Below, in pieces: positions 10,302-20,201 of a stretch of DNA of 64,000 bases (within the stretch, counting starts at the first letter, position 1; every line of letters starts with the position of its first letter). The stretch lies in the NCBI GenBank assembly GCA_963700985.1, contig OY969554.1, positions 256,001 to 320,000 on the forward strand. The letters are read 5' to 3'. Made by a program: the position numbers and the translations under genes. Source of the DNA: an uncultured Chlamydiales bacterium. GTDB lineage: Bacteria; Chlamydiota; Chlamydiia; Chlamydiales; Rhabdochlamydiaceae. The notes beneath the pieces are model-generated. The model saw nothing but the letters and a program-made list of their open reading frames with translations. It ran no database searches and had not been told where the DNA came from.

Positions 10302-12095
10302 ATGCGGACTAGGACCAAAATTATTTGTACGATAGGACCGGCCGTAAACTCTTATGAGAAGATCCTGCAGATGATCGATGCCGGCATGAACGTGGCACGT
10401 CTTAACTTCAGCCATGGCACGCACGCCGAACACTTAAAAGTGATTCAAAACCTTAAAAAAGCACGCGAGCAGCTCCAAATTCCCTTAGCGATCATGTTGG
10501 ATACCAAGGGGCCAGAGATTCGCCTGGGCAAAATGAAAGGGGAGATTGCCGTCTCAGAAGGACAAAAAGTCCTCTTAGTTAAAGAAGAGATTGAAGGGGA
10601 CGATAAGTGCTGGCAGATCACCCCCTCGATTGTTATTGATACGCTTGAGCCTGGGACCACCGTGCTTTTTGACGATGGCTACATCTCTTCAACCGTAATC
10701 GAGCGTAAAAAGGATGGTCTGGTTGTTGAAATCCAAAATAGCGGCGTTTTAAAGAGCTTTAAAGGGGTTAACATTCCTGGTGTAGTTTTAGATATCCCCG
10801 CCATGACCGAACAGGATGTACTAGATATTATATTTGGTTGTAAACATGACGTAGACATTATTGCCGCTTCTTTTATCCGCTCGGCTGATCATGTTTTGGA
10901 GATCAAGCAGCTGCTGGCCGAACAAGGCAAAGGCGAGACTCTAGTCATTGCGAAAATTGAAAGCAGTCTCGGTGTGGAAAACTTCGATAGTATAATTCAA
11001 GTAGCCGATGGGATCATGGTCGCGCGAGGCGATCTCGGGGTGGAGATGCCACTTAAGCGCGTTCCCTCCTTGCAAAAGATGATGATTCGTAAATGCATTC
11101 AGGCCTGCAAGCCAGTAGTAACGGCCACGCAAATGCTCGAATCGATGATTAAAAATCCGAGACCCACGCGTGCGGAAGTCTCAGATGTGGCCAATGCGAT
11201 CTATGATAGCACTTCGGCTGTGATGTTATCGGGAGAAACAGCGGTGGGGCAGTATCCCATCGAGGCGATCTCACTTATGCGCAGCATAGTAGAAGAGGCT
11301 GAACAGAGCTTTGGTTATCGCGAGTTTTTTCAAATGTTGCCCAATACTGATTTTCACGATATCTCTGCCTCGGTTTCTCTGGCAGCGGTAAAAACGGCAT
11401 ACAGCGCACAAGCCAAGGCGATTTTTGCCTTTACAAACAGCGGCTCGACCGCGCGGCTTATCTCACGCTATCGGCCCGAGATCCCTATTATTGCACTTAC
11501 GCCTGACGCAAAAACCTACCATCAGATGGCCTTTAATTGGGGCATCTGCCCAGTAGACCCAGCAAAGGCCAAGAATGTTCAAGAGGCATTTTCTCTTTGC
11601 AGTTGCTTTGCGATGAAAAAGGGACTGGTTCAATATGGGGATTTAGTGATTGTTACCGCGGGTTCTCCCTTTGGGATTAGCGGTTCGACGAATACCATGC
11701 TGGTTGAGAGTATTGGGGATGTACTCGTGCGCGGCTACCCAGGCGTTGGCAAAAAGATCCATGGCATGGTTTCGATTCTTGTCTCTTCAGATGCGCATAA
11801 GCATCGCCCAGTTAAAGGGCGCATTGCCGTCTTATCGCGCTGCGATAGCCAGTATCTGCCACTGCTAAAACAAGCGACTGGCATTATCTTGCAAAACCTT
11901 CCTGAAGATATTCAATCTGAAAAAGAGGCGATTCATATAGCCAAATCCCTCAATATTCCACTTATTACCCGCGCCGAAGGGGCGTTGCAGCTCTTGCATG
12001 AAGGCCAGAAGGTCACCTTAGACGCCGAGAAAGGCATTGTCTACAAAGGCTCTGTGGGCAGCGACGAAGAGATGCTCCCTTCTATTTGCCAATAG
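10302..12095 (+). CDS. pyk: Pyruvate kinase with C-terminal PEP-utilizer (swiveling)-like domain
   Basis: TKIICTIGP, RLNFSHG, DTKGPEIR, MVARGDLG, ATQMLESM and MLSGETA motifs; GAGGAG RBS before ATG 10302. Confidence 0.97.
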   Translation: MRTRTKIICTIGPAVNSYEKILQMIDAGMNVARLNFSHGTHAEHLKVIQNLKKAREQLQIPLAIMLDTKGPEIRLGKMKGEIAVSEGQKVLLVKEEIEGDDKCWQITPSIVIDTLEPGTTVLFDDGYISSTVIERKKDGLVVEIQNSGVLKSFKGVNIPGVVLDIPAMTEQDVLDIIFGCKHDVDIIAASFIRSADHVLEIKQLLAEQGKGETLVIAKIESSLGVENFDSIIQVADGIMVARGDLGVEMPLKRVPSLQKMMIRKCIQACKPVVTATQMLESMIKNPRPTRAEVSDVANAIYDSTSAVMLSGETAVGQYPIEAISLMRSIVEEAEQSFGYREFFQMLPNTDFHDISASVSLAAVKTAYSAQAKAIFAFTNSGSTARLISRYRPEIPIIALTPDAKTYHQMAFNWGICPVDPAKAKNVQEAFSLCSCFAMKKGLVQYGDLVIVTAGSPFGISGSTNTMLVESIGDVLVRGYPGVGKKIHGMVSILVSSDAHKHRPVKGRIAVLSRCDSQYLPLLKQATGIILQNLPEDIQSEKEAIHIAKSLNIPLITRAEGALQLLHEGQKVTLDAEKGIVYKGSVGSDEEMLPSICQ

Positions 12096-12152
12096 AAGAA
12101 GGATGAATTCACAAGTTCTAGGTTCTTCCAAGCTTCAGTAATTAAAATCAAA

Positions 12153-12240
12153 ACAGGATGAGCAGGATCAGGCAGGATATGTAGGATAGGATGAAAAAAT
12201 ATCCTGCTTATCCTGTCGCTTGCGATCCTACATATCCTGT
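12153..12240. repeat. CAGGAT-unit palindromic element (family B)
   Basis: ACAGGATGAGCAGGATCAGGCAGGATATG...ATCCTGCTTATCCTGTCGCTTGCGATCCTACATATCCTGT; related to the copies at 23994, 26896 and 29971. Confidence 0.9.
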
Positions 12241-12251
12241 AAAAGCTGAAT

Positions 12252-12596
12252 TCAGTCTTGTTTTAGGAATGCGTCTAGGTTCTTTGAGGCTTCTTTGAGA
12301 GCAGTTTGAAAGGCTACGCGCTGCATTTTGGGATGCATAACAGGCACTTCTGTTAGGTCGATCACAGCTGCAATCAGCGTCTTCTGATTAGAAGCAATTT
12401 TTGGATGGTATTTTTGAACTAATTCTACGGCTCTGGCTGAGAAAGCGTCTAATTCGGCACGCTCAGGGGCATAATTGGCGTCTTTTTGCATCTTAGCTAC
12501 GATCTTATCGATTTCAGCTTTAATGCTTGAAAGGCCCTTGTTAAGAGGTGTTTCCTTCTTTTTGGGCTGCATTGGTGAAGGCTGGGGTTGGGCCAT
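12252..12596 (-). CDS. Hypothetical helical protein
   Basis: 114-aa ORF with an AGAGGAG RBS; no family recognised. Confidence 0.65.
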   Translation of the reverse strand: MAQPQPSPMQPKKKETPLNKGLSSIKAEIDKIVAKMQKDANYAPERAELDAFSARAVELVQKYHPKIASNQKTLIAAVIDLTEVPVMHPKMQRVAFQTALKEASKNLDAFLKQD

Positions 12597-12686
12597 GAGC
12601 GTAACTCCTCTTTAGTATCTATCTAAAGCTCATCCTATCCATTTAAAATATTATTTTAAAGATTTCTTTTTACAATCTGGATAAGA

Positions 12687-14000
12687 CTAAAGGACAATAT
12701 GCGCATGCACTGGAAAGCTGGGCGGAATCGATGTGGTGTTGTGTAAAATAAGCGCATTTGGAGGAAGTGCCCATTTCAAAGCTTTAATGCTTACATCTGT
12801 AACAGCTTCGCATCCGCGGATATCCAAAAGAAGAAGTGGTGGGCGAATTCTTTTAATTGCATTTAACGTTTCATGTCCTATCCCCGGTATTTGGCGAAGG
12901 GACAAAGAGGAAATTTTCTTGCATCTCTGAACAACTGTAATAACGCCGTCTATAGTGAGCTGTTCGCATCCACTGACATCCAACTCTGTCAATCGGGGAC
13001 AATGTGTAGATAGAGAATAGAGGTTGCGATTAGTCATGTGCGGCTGGTTAGTTAGGCTTAATGAAGTCAAAGAGGGGTTATTCTGGAAGAACGTCTCTAG
13101 TGTTGACCCACTAACATGACACTTTTCGGGAAGTAGTAGCTCTTTCATGGCAGTGGCCTGCATTAAAAAGCGAGAAAGAGCTGATCGATCTTGAAGAGGA
13201 ACACCTTCAATAGTAAGGCTTTTTAGCTGTGAAGAGAGAGGGATAAGCATCTCAAAAATTAGATTTATGTTTTTACAGTTTTTAATTTTTAAAGAGATGA
13301 GCTGCGGTGCTAGATTTCTAAGATTTGTGAAAGCATCGCCAGTAAGGGAGTCACAGTTTTCTAATGAAAGTGAGCGGACTTTTGATATGTAGCTAAATAA
13401 TGATCGAAATTGAGAATTATCTAATTCGTGAGATGGAGAGGCTAGTTCTTCGTTGAATTTCAGAGTAGCGAGGTTAGGAAGTTTTCTTAAAAGATTAGCA
13501 TAGAGACCTTCAAATTCACAAAGATAAGTAAAATCAAAGTATTCAATAAGCGGATAGTATTTTGAAGGCAGGCTTTGAAACCAAGCTAAAAAGCAATTGA
13601 TTTTTTCTAGTTGTTCGAAATCCAAAACACATGTCTTGCGGAAAACCCAACGCACAAGAGAACTTAAGGGCCACGAGGAGGGAGCTAGCTGAACCAAGTG
13701 TGTCTTAATTAAGCTTGTCCATGCGTGGCTTAAGGGAACTGCCGTAATTGGATCGATCTCTAAACGTCTTAAAACACTTTCCGAGACTTTTCCGCCTTGT
13801 AAAAGAAATGGAAAAATCAACTCTTTATCCTGAAGAGCCTTATTCCACCCTTTACAAACCCGCGAAAGCTCTCCTCGTCTTTTGCTGCGATTTGATTCAC
13901 AAAATAGGGCCTTTTGCAAAATTATATAATGGAGTTCGTTAGGCAGGCTTTGAATGAATGAAGTTATAGAAGACATAGTTTTACTAAGAGAAAAGCTCAT
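12687..14000 (-). CDS. F-box/LRR protein (eukaryote-like, probable secreted effector)
   Basis: F-box IQSLPNELHYIIL...LSRVCKGWNK followed by Cys-containing LRRs (LTELDVSGCEQLT, LDIRGCEAVTD). Alternative start at 13976. Confidence 0.85.
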   Translation of the reverse strand: MSFSLSKTMSSITSFIQSLPNELHYIILQKALFCESNRSKRRGELSRVCKGWNKALQDKELIFPFLLQGGKVSESVLRRLEIDPITAVPLSHAWTSLIKTHLVQLAPSSWPLSSLVRWVFRKTCVLDFEQLEKINCFLAWFQSLPSKYYPLIEYFDFTYLCEFEGLYANLLRKLPNLATLKFNEELASPSHELDNSQFRSLFSYISKVRSLSLENCDSLTGDAFTNLRNLAPQLISLKIKNCKNINLIFEMLIPLSSQLKSLTIEGVPLQDRSALSRFLMQATAMKELLLPEKCHVSGSTLETFFQNNPSLTSLSLTNQPHMTNRNLYSLSTHCPRLTELDVSGCEQLTIDGVITVVQRCKKISSLSLRQIPGIGHETLNAIKRIRPPLLLLDIRGCEAVTDVSIKALKWALPPNALILHNTTSIPPSFPVHAHIVL

Positions 14001-14700
14001 GCAAGAGAGTCACAGCCACAATTGCTGCAGTTTCGACGCGTAAGACATTCGTATGTAAGTGAACGCCGAGGGCTCCTTTTTCTTTTTCTAAAAATAAGAT
14101 CTCTTTTTCCGTGAATCCCTTTTCAGGTCCGATAAAAAATATCAGAGGTTCGTTAAATTTGGGCGTTTTTTTCCAGATATCGAGAAAAGAAGGTGCCTCA
14201 GTGCGCAGATCTCCAAAAAAGAGGGTGCCTTGAGTTACTGGGAGTTTGTCAATAGAGGGAAAGAGGTTTATTTCCGGAAGGTCGAGTCTTCCAGACTGTT
14301 TCATCGCCGAGATGAGGATATGTTTGAGCCTAGCAAATTGAGTAGGGGAAAGTGAATTTTTTTCGCTATGAGCTGAGGGAAATAACCAGAACTCAGAGAC
14401 ATTGAGTTCTACCGCTTTTTCTAGCAGCCATTCAAGGCGTGGTAGACGGGGAAGAGCTTGAGCTAAGATCAACTTGGTTTTTGTTTTTCCTTCTGAGAGA
14501 GCCGAGATTTTAAGGCTGGCTGAAGTTTTGGATAGTGTCTGAACTTGTGCCTCAGCGAGCTGATTGCGGCCATTGACAAGTTCGATGGTTTCTCCTGGGC
14601 TAATGCGCATCACATGCAAGTGACGTAGCTCTTCTTTTTCCAGTGATAAAGTCTGCTCAGGTGTAAATAATTGGTCTAAGAAGAATCGATCATGTGGCAT
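13984..14700 (-). CDS. rsmE: 16S rRNA m3U1498 methyltransferase
   Basis: HLHVMR, EKAVEL, AMKQSGR, IGPEKGF and VLRVETA SPOUT motifs. Confidence 0.93.
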   Translation of the reverse strand: MPHDRFFLDQLFTPEQTLSLEKEELRHLHVMRISPGETIELVNGRNQLAEAQVQTLSKTSASLKISALSEGKTKTKLILAQALPRLPRLEWLLEKAVELNVSEFWLFPSAHSEKNSLSPTQFARLKHILISAMKQSGRLDLPEINLFPSIDKLPVTQGTLFFGDLRTEAPSFLDIWKKTPKFNEPLIFFIGPEKGFTEKEILFLEKEKGALGVHLHTNVLRVETAAIVAVTLLHELFS

Positions 14701-15949
14701 GACAGAGTGCCTTTCTGAAAAGCTGCGCAAGGTCGGAGCTATTTTCTTGACCGCTCGCTTTTAGCGCTTCTAAATCTACCACTTCAAAGGCGCTTAGTGC
14801 ACGGAAGTGGGCATCAACATCGTGCGAGGAGAAGTTAAAGACTAACTTGAAGCGGAAATCGCGCACAAGAAGGTCGCTTTTAGAGTTGTAAAAGATGCTT
14901 TCAGCATCTTCAAGCAAAGGTTCCTCATGAAATTTTTGCGGAACAAACAGAGTGAGAAATTCAAATGGATAAAGCTCTCGCAAAAGTGGCAGCTGTTTGG
15001 CGATTTTGGCAAAGCTCAAAGCATCTTCGGGAAGGATGATGGCGATTGATTCATGTCGAAAACGGCGTTTAATTTTTTCCGGAGTCTGCTGTTTCCAGCG
15101 GTTATGCTGCCATAGCCATTCACCTGGGTTTGCTTTAATGCTCTCTTCAAATAGCGCTAGGCACTTTTCCATCATGCGGGGCACTTCTTTTTCAGCGGAT
15201 TGATTCGCATCAGGCCAAATTGGATCTGAATAGTGGATGAAATATTTTCCATCGATGCGACGCGTAGTGGCCACAATAATCGGTCTTTCGCTGCGGTGAG
15301 CCAAAATGGCTGGTAGAGGTGACGTCCATGCGCGCCTTCCCAAAAAGAGTGAGGAGAAACCGCTGTCGGGCATGCCTTGATCTCCCACAATGCCTAAAAA
15401 ACAGCCCTTTTTTAAACCACGCAAGCCTTCACGAGCTGCACTGCGAGGTGCAATGATCTTGCCGCCAAACTTCTGCCGGATCGAGAGCACCCAATCATAA
15501 AGCTTCTGATTTTTAATGGGCCGGCCGATAGCGACACCTGACATACGCGAGGTGCCTTCTAAAAATAAGACCTCCCAATTTGATTGGTGACCGCAGAAGA
15601 AAATAATCCCTTTTCCCTCATTTAGAATAGCTTGAGCCGCTTCGGGGTTTTCGCAGGTAACCACGTGCGATATCTCTTTTTCCCTGGCGAATTTGGCATA
15701 TTCAAGACAGGTGATCATCAGATTATGGAACGATTCTTTAGCTAAACGTTTAATTGCATTTTCGTCCAACGCAAGGGCTGTAGCTAGAGCTAAGTTACTT
15801 AGAGCGCGCTTTCGAAAGCGAGGTAAAATGTAATAAGCGAGCGTGCCCAAGGCGCGACCGAGTGCGTGGATTTGACGGTAGGATAGAAATCCAATGGGGA
15901 AAGTAACAGCGCGCAGGAAAAAGAAGGAGAGGTTGTTTATGATAGACAT
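14690..15949 (-). CDS. lpxL: Lipid A late acyltransferase (HtrB/LpxL family) with C-terminal extension
   Basis: GHQSNWE (HxxxxE), GDQ and PGEWLWQHNRWK motifs; neighbour of ybbR/dacA as in Chlamydia. Confidence 0.9.
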   Translation of the reverse strand: MSIINNLSFFFLRAVTFPIGFLSYRQIHALGRALGTLAYYILPRFRKRALSNLALATALALDENAIKRLAKESFHNLMITCLEYAKFAREKEISHVVTCENPEAAQAILNEGKGIIFFCGHQSNWEVLFLEGTSRMSGVAIGRPIKNQKLYDWVLSIRQKFGGKIIAPRSAAREGLRGLKKGCFLGIVGDQGMPDSGFSSLFLGRRAWTSPLPAILAHRSERPIIVATTRRIDGKYFIHYSDPIWPDANQSAEKEVPRMMEKCLALFEESIKANPGEWLWQHNRWKQQTPEKIKRRFRHESIAIILPEDALSFAKIAKQLPLLRELYPFEFLTLFVPQKFHEEPLLEDAESIFYNSKSDLLVRDFRFKLVFNFSSHDVDAHFRALSAFEVVDLEALKASGQENSSDLAQLFRKALCHAT

Positions 15950-17076
15950 CGCTGTGTGATCAAGTTGAGCTGATTCGAAAAGTCGAGGTGTTTGACGCTG
16001 GCGCGGATCTCTTCTGCGCGCAGGCGCATTTTAGGTTGTTTTAAAGCCTTTAAAAGAGCGGCTGCGAGCTCATCACGCGATAGAGAGTCTAACACAATAC
16101 CGCTTTCATGGGTGAGGATTTCGTGGCCACCATTCATCTTGGAAGAGATGACAAAGACACCCATAGCGAGAGCTTCCACGGTCACATTGGCAAAAGGATC
16201 ATAGAGTGAAGGAATGATTAATACATCTGCCAGCTGATAGAAACGACGGACGTCTTTGCGGCTGCCCAAAAAGCGCACTTTATGTTGGAGTTTAAGAGCG
16301 TGCACACGTGCCGCATAGTATTTAAGATTTTTGTCGTATCCAATGATGGAAAGATGGAAATTTTCATGGGGAAGAAGCGCAAGCGCTGCTAGGAGCTGAT
16401 CTAGACCTTTGCGGCGAAAATTATGTCCGACGAAGACAAAATGAAAGGTATATGGATCAATATTCAGTTCAGTTGCAAGTTTTTGCTTACCATCGTTCCA
16501 GTTTATAAAATCATTTTGCATCTCGTGCCACTCTACACCATTGTGAACCACGCAGATTTTTTCTGAATCGATGCGAAAATCGCGCAGGATCTCATCCTTT
16601 ACCATATGTGAGTTGGTAAAGAGGCATTGAAGAGAGGGATTTTCAAAAGCTTTTTTTTCTAAGTTTAATATCAGGCGATGGAGAGGATTGAGTGCAAATG
16701 AGAGGCGCTTGAGGGATCCTTCAAGTGCTGCGCGATGTCTTAGGTAAGAGGCATGCACACCATTGCCAGCACGAAGATGCGTTTGAAAACGATTTCTATC
16801 CAATCCAAAAACCAGATCGGCGTTGGTCTTTGAAAGAGCTTGAGAGCTAAGACGATCGAATTGCTGCACTTTTCGGAAGCTCAACTTGCTCGTTACAGGA
16901 AGTGAAACGGCGTTAAAATTAGATGGCAGCGCACTGATCTCGCCACTAGTTAAAAGTGTTACGTCACAGCCTTTATCGAGAAAAGCTTGCGCAAGTCTTA
17001 ATGTGTATTTTTCAAGGCCGCCGCTTTTTGCATGACAAGCGCCGCTTTTTAACAAGGTAACGCGACTAGTATGCAT
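15937..17076 (-). CDS. GT4 glycosyltransferase (WabG/RfaG-like)
   Basis: GGLEKY, RAGNGVH, RRKGL and PSLYDPFANVTVEALAMG motifs. Confidence 0.88.
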   Translation of the reverse strand: MHTSRVTLLKSGACHAKSGGLEKYTLRLAQAFLDKGCDVTLLTSGEISALPSNFNAVSLPVTSKLSFRKVQQFDRLSSQALSKTNADLVFGLDRNRFQTHLRAGNGVHASYLRHRAALEGSLKRLSFALNPLHRLILNLEKKAFENPSLQCLFTNSHMVKDEILRDFRIDSEKICVVHNGVEWHEMQNDFINWNDGKQKLATELNIDPYTFHFVFVGHNFRRKGLDQLLAALALLPHENFHLSIIGYDKNLKYYAARVHALKLQHKVRFLGSRKDVRRFYQLADVLIIPSLYDPFANVTVEALAMGVFVISSKMNGGHEILTHESGIVLDSLSRDELAAALLKALKQPKMRLRAEEIRASVKHLDFSNQLNLITQRCLS

Positions 17077-18331
17077 GGTGGACGGAAGGGCGCGTTTCTT
17101 TTAAAACAACATGGCTGCCTTCGAGCTCGATTTTAAACTCAAGACGGCTGTCATCAGACCAGCAGAGTTGCAGCCGATTCATGTAATTGCGAAAACGGTT
17201 TCGAAGATATTCTTCACGCAGCGCAGGCTCGAGATCTTGCAGATCATCTTCCGAGGCGTCAGACATCATCAGGGAAACATAACGATCTTCCAACACGCGT
17301 GGATTAACGAACTGTAGGCTCCAGTCTAATGTGCTTTTTTCGCTTTTAGGCACCACGATTACGGTGAGTTGTAGCATGTCTCTTACGACCTTTAAAAAGG
17401 GTAGACTGACGTTTTTTGCACACAACTGAGCTTTTAAAAAGTAGAGGCCATCGACTTTTTCGATCGCACTTGACGAACCCAAAGAGAGCGTATCAGGATT
17501 GATTAATGCCGCATATTTGGGCGGAATATAGAGATTAATTGGAATAGGCTTTTCAATTGGCAAGAGATTAGAGCGCACGAAGTCGATTCGCAGAGCCTTA
17601 GCTTGAGGATCATTGATCTCCAAAGGCTGATCAGAGAGAAGCGGCAATTGAACCTGCTTCCAGGCATCGGGCACATAATAGCTCACCACATCGCCATTAG
17701 CTGGACTCTGGGTTGAAGAAAGTCCATCTAGATGCGACTTAGAGATCTGGTGCAAATTGAATGTGAGCTTAATGCCCTTGGCTTTAAGTTGTTTGATCAA
17801 CTCCTCTGGACCTGCCACGGAAAGATTGAGCTGATAAGGCCAGATGTCGAGAAATTGATAATCGCGAGGAGCTTCACCTACTGGGCGAGTAATCAGCACG
17901 GGGATCTTCTCTGTCATCAGTTTAGTCAAACGGATGATAAAGCTCTGGTGTGAGACTTTTGAGATTCCCTTGCTAAGGTCAATATCCGGATTGAGGGGAA
18001 CAAGATTTTTTTTGGAAAGCGAGGCGATCCACTCTTCAGATTTATCTGCGGCATCGATGACCACTTCGAGATCGTTGGCGGTTAACTCTTCCAGCAGGTT
18101 TTTATTGCCCTGTAAGTTAAGTGTGATGCGTCTTGATAGATAGCCATTGCTCTGCAAGCCCTCGACGGTTTTATTCGTGGGGACATTAGAAATACGCACT
18201 GGAATGTTGCTCAATGTTTTGGATGAAGTCAGCGAGTGATGCACTGCAAACCAGATCATCACAGCCAGAAAACAGGAGATCGCTTTTCTCTGCCAATTTT
18301 GCAAAAGTAAGTTATACAAAAAGGATCTCAT
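17066..18331 (-). CDS. ybbR: YbbR/CdaR-like regulator of diadenylate cyclase
   Basis: N-terminal NWQRKAISCFLAVMIW membrane anchor and beta-rich body; ATGA overlap with the dacA stop. Confidence 0.8.
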   Translation of the reverse strand: MRSFLYNLLLQNWQRKAISCFLAVMIWFAVHHSLTSSKTLSNIPVRISNVPTNKTVEGLQSNGYLSRRITLNLQGNKNLLEELTANDLEVVIDAADKSEEWIASLSKKNLVPLNPDIDLSKGISKVSHQSFIIRLTKLMTEKIPVLITRPVGEAPRDYQFLDIWPYQLNLSVAGPEELIKQLKAKGIKLTFNLHQISKSHLDGLSSTQSPANGDVVSYYVPDAWKQVQLPLLSDQPLEINDPQAKALRIDFVRSNLLPIEKPIPINLYIPPKYAALINPDTLSLGSSSAIEKVDGLYFLKAQLCAKNVSLPFLKVVRDMLQLTVIVVPKSEKSTLDWSLQFVNPRVLEDRYVSLMMSDASEDDLQDLEPALREEYLRNRFRNYMNRLQLCWSDDSRLEFKIELEGSHVVLKETRPSVHHAY

Positions 18332-19131
18332 TCGCGTAGCCATTTAAGAAGTTTAAAGCGCTCTTTATAGTCTTCAGGTGGAGGCGGAGGCGTAAAGAGG
18401 CTGCGTATAATGCCTTTAAAGCGATCGACCTTGACCCCGCGGGTGATGACGCCTTCGCGTGCGATCGATACCTTGCCGGTTTCTTCAGAGACGACAATAA
18501 TCAAAGCATCTGTGATTTGGCTGACGCCAAGAGCGGCGCGGTGTCTTGTGCCCATCGAGCCTGTGACTTGTGAATTATCGTCCGTCAGCGGGAGAATCAC
18601 CGCAGCTGCCAAGATTGTCTGGTCGCGGATAACGACGGCGCCATCATGTAGCGGTGTGCTGGTAACGAAGATCGATTCGAGCAGCTCAGATGAGAAGTTC
18701 GCATTGAGAACTACGGCTTTATTAGAATACTCAGAAAGCGAGTTCTGGCTCTCTAAAACGATGAGCGCGCCTGTGCGCTTTTCAGCCAAGCGATAGATCG
18801 AGTTAGCCAGCTGATCTAAAAATTTATCGAACTCAGTTATTTCTCTGTAACGTTTGCCTTTTAAGCTCAATTTAGAGAGGGCTACGCGTAGCTCAGGCTG
18901 AAAGATAATCAATACAGCGATTACAGCCACGTTTACCACGAGATACATAATCTCGTGCAAGATGGGCAGATTAAACCATGAGGAGACTGCAAAGATTAAA
19001 AGAAACGCTCCTAGTCCCAAAACTAGATCCATCGAACGCGTATTCCAGAAAAACGAGAGCAAATAGTTGAGCATGATCGCAATGATGGAGATCTCAAAAA
19101 GGGGGGTAAGCGAATGAAAAAGAGAAATCAT
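18328..19131 (-). CDS. dacA: Diadenylate cyclase CdaA/DacA
   Basis: Three TM helices, then FQPELR, PLHDGA, GTRHRAA and VSEETG motifs. Confidence 0.96.
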   Translation of the reverse strand: MISLFHSLTPLFEISIIAIMLNYLLSFFWNTRSMDLVLGLGAFLLIFAVSSWFNLPILHEIMYLVVNVAVIAVLIIFQPELRVALSKLSLKGKRYREITEFDKFLDQLANSIYRLAEKRTGALIVLESQNSLSEYSNKAVVLNANFSSELLESIFVTSTPLHDGAVVIRDQTILAAAVILPLTDDNSQVTGSMGTRHRAALGVSQITDALIIVVSEETGKVSIAREGVITRGVKVDRFKGIIRSLFTPPPPPEDYKERFKLLKWLRE

Positions 19132-19216
19132 GTTGCGTTTTTATTTTTTAATCGAAGGTCATTCTCAAGAATTTTGAAAAAAAGTCAAAAACAAATTACA
19201 GTTTTTTAAAAAAAGC

Positions 19217-20047
19217 CTAGAGCATATGAGAAAGGAGATTCATGATGTCGCGATGCTCAGCGACGTCATGCACACGGATAATATCGGCCCCATTACAAAT
19301 CGCCATTGTATGGATTGCAAGTGTTGCAGGCAACAGTTCTGTGGCGGGTTTCATCAATAATTTACTTAAAAATGATTTGCGCGAGGCGCCGATTAGGAGG
19401 CGCAGGCCGAATTTTTTAAATTTTTTGAGATGATCGAAGATTTCCAGCGTATGTTCAACCGTAAGCCCAAATCCAATACCTGGATCGAGGATAATTCTTT
19501 CGGGGACGATGCCTGCACGTGTGAGCAGCTCGATCTGTTTTTCAAAGAAAGCCATGATCTCTGGGACGACGCCATTGGGGTAGGAGGGATTGATCTGCAT
19601 GGTTTCAGGCGTGCCCTGCATGTGCATGACGCAAAGATCGGCTTCGCACCCTGCCGCGACAGCTAACATCTCTGGATCGGAAAATCCTCGGATGCAATTG
19701 ATCAATGTCACGCCACTTTGCACAGCCTTGCGTGCAACCTTAGATTTGTCTGTATCAATTGAGAGGGGCGTAGATATTGTTTTTGCTAGGGCTTCAATTA
19801 CAGGAATTACGCGGTTTAACTCTTCTTCTTCGGATACAAAAGGTGCAAAAGGCCGTGATGATGCGCCTCCGATGTCGATAATGTCTGCTCCTTCTTGTGC
19901 CATTTTAAGGCCATGCTCAATCGCTTTTTCCAATGAATAATGCATGCCTCCATCATAGAAAGAATCAGGAGTGACATTCAGTACGCCCATCAATTGGAAA
20001 GTACGAAGTTCACTTTTGTAGTTGTCTTTATTTGAAAGAGGTTTCAT
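19217..20047 (-). CDS. folP: Dihydropteroate synthase
   Basis: MGVLNVTPDSFYDGG, DPGIGFG, SRKSF and IIRVHDV motifs. Confidence 0.96.
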   Translation of the reverse strand: MKPLSNKDNYKSELRTFQLMGVLNVTPDSFYDGGMHYSLEKAIEHGLKMAQEGADIIDIGGASSRPFAPFVSEEEELNRVIPVIEALAKTISTPLSIDTDKSKVARKAVQSGVTLINCIRGFSDPEMLAVAAGCEADLCVMHMQGTPETMQINPSYPNGVVPEIMAFFEKQIELLTRAGIVPERIILDPGIGFGLTVEHTLEIFDHLKKFKKFGLRLLIGASRKSFLSKLLMKPATELLPATLAIHTMAICNGADIIRVHDVAEHRDIMNLLSHML

Positions 20048-20201
20048 GATCCTATGCGCTCTTCTTTAGAATAGCTGATTTTCTTGAAGATCATAAAATC
20101 TGTCCAGAAGAACAGCATGAGGAAGAGCTCGAACAGCAGATGGCCGATACAGTTTCGGATCTACCCAAAGTTCGAAGTTTCATTGAGGTTTGGAGGTAAT
20201 T

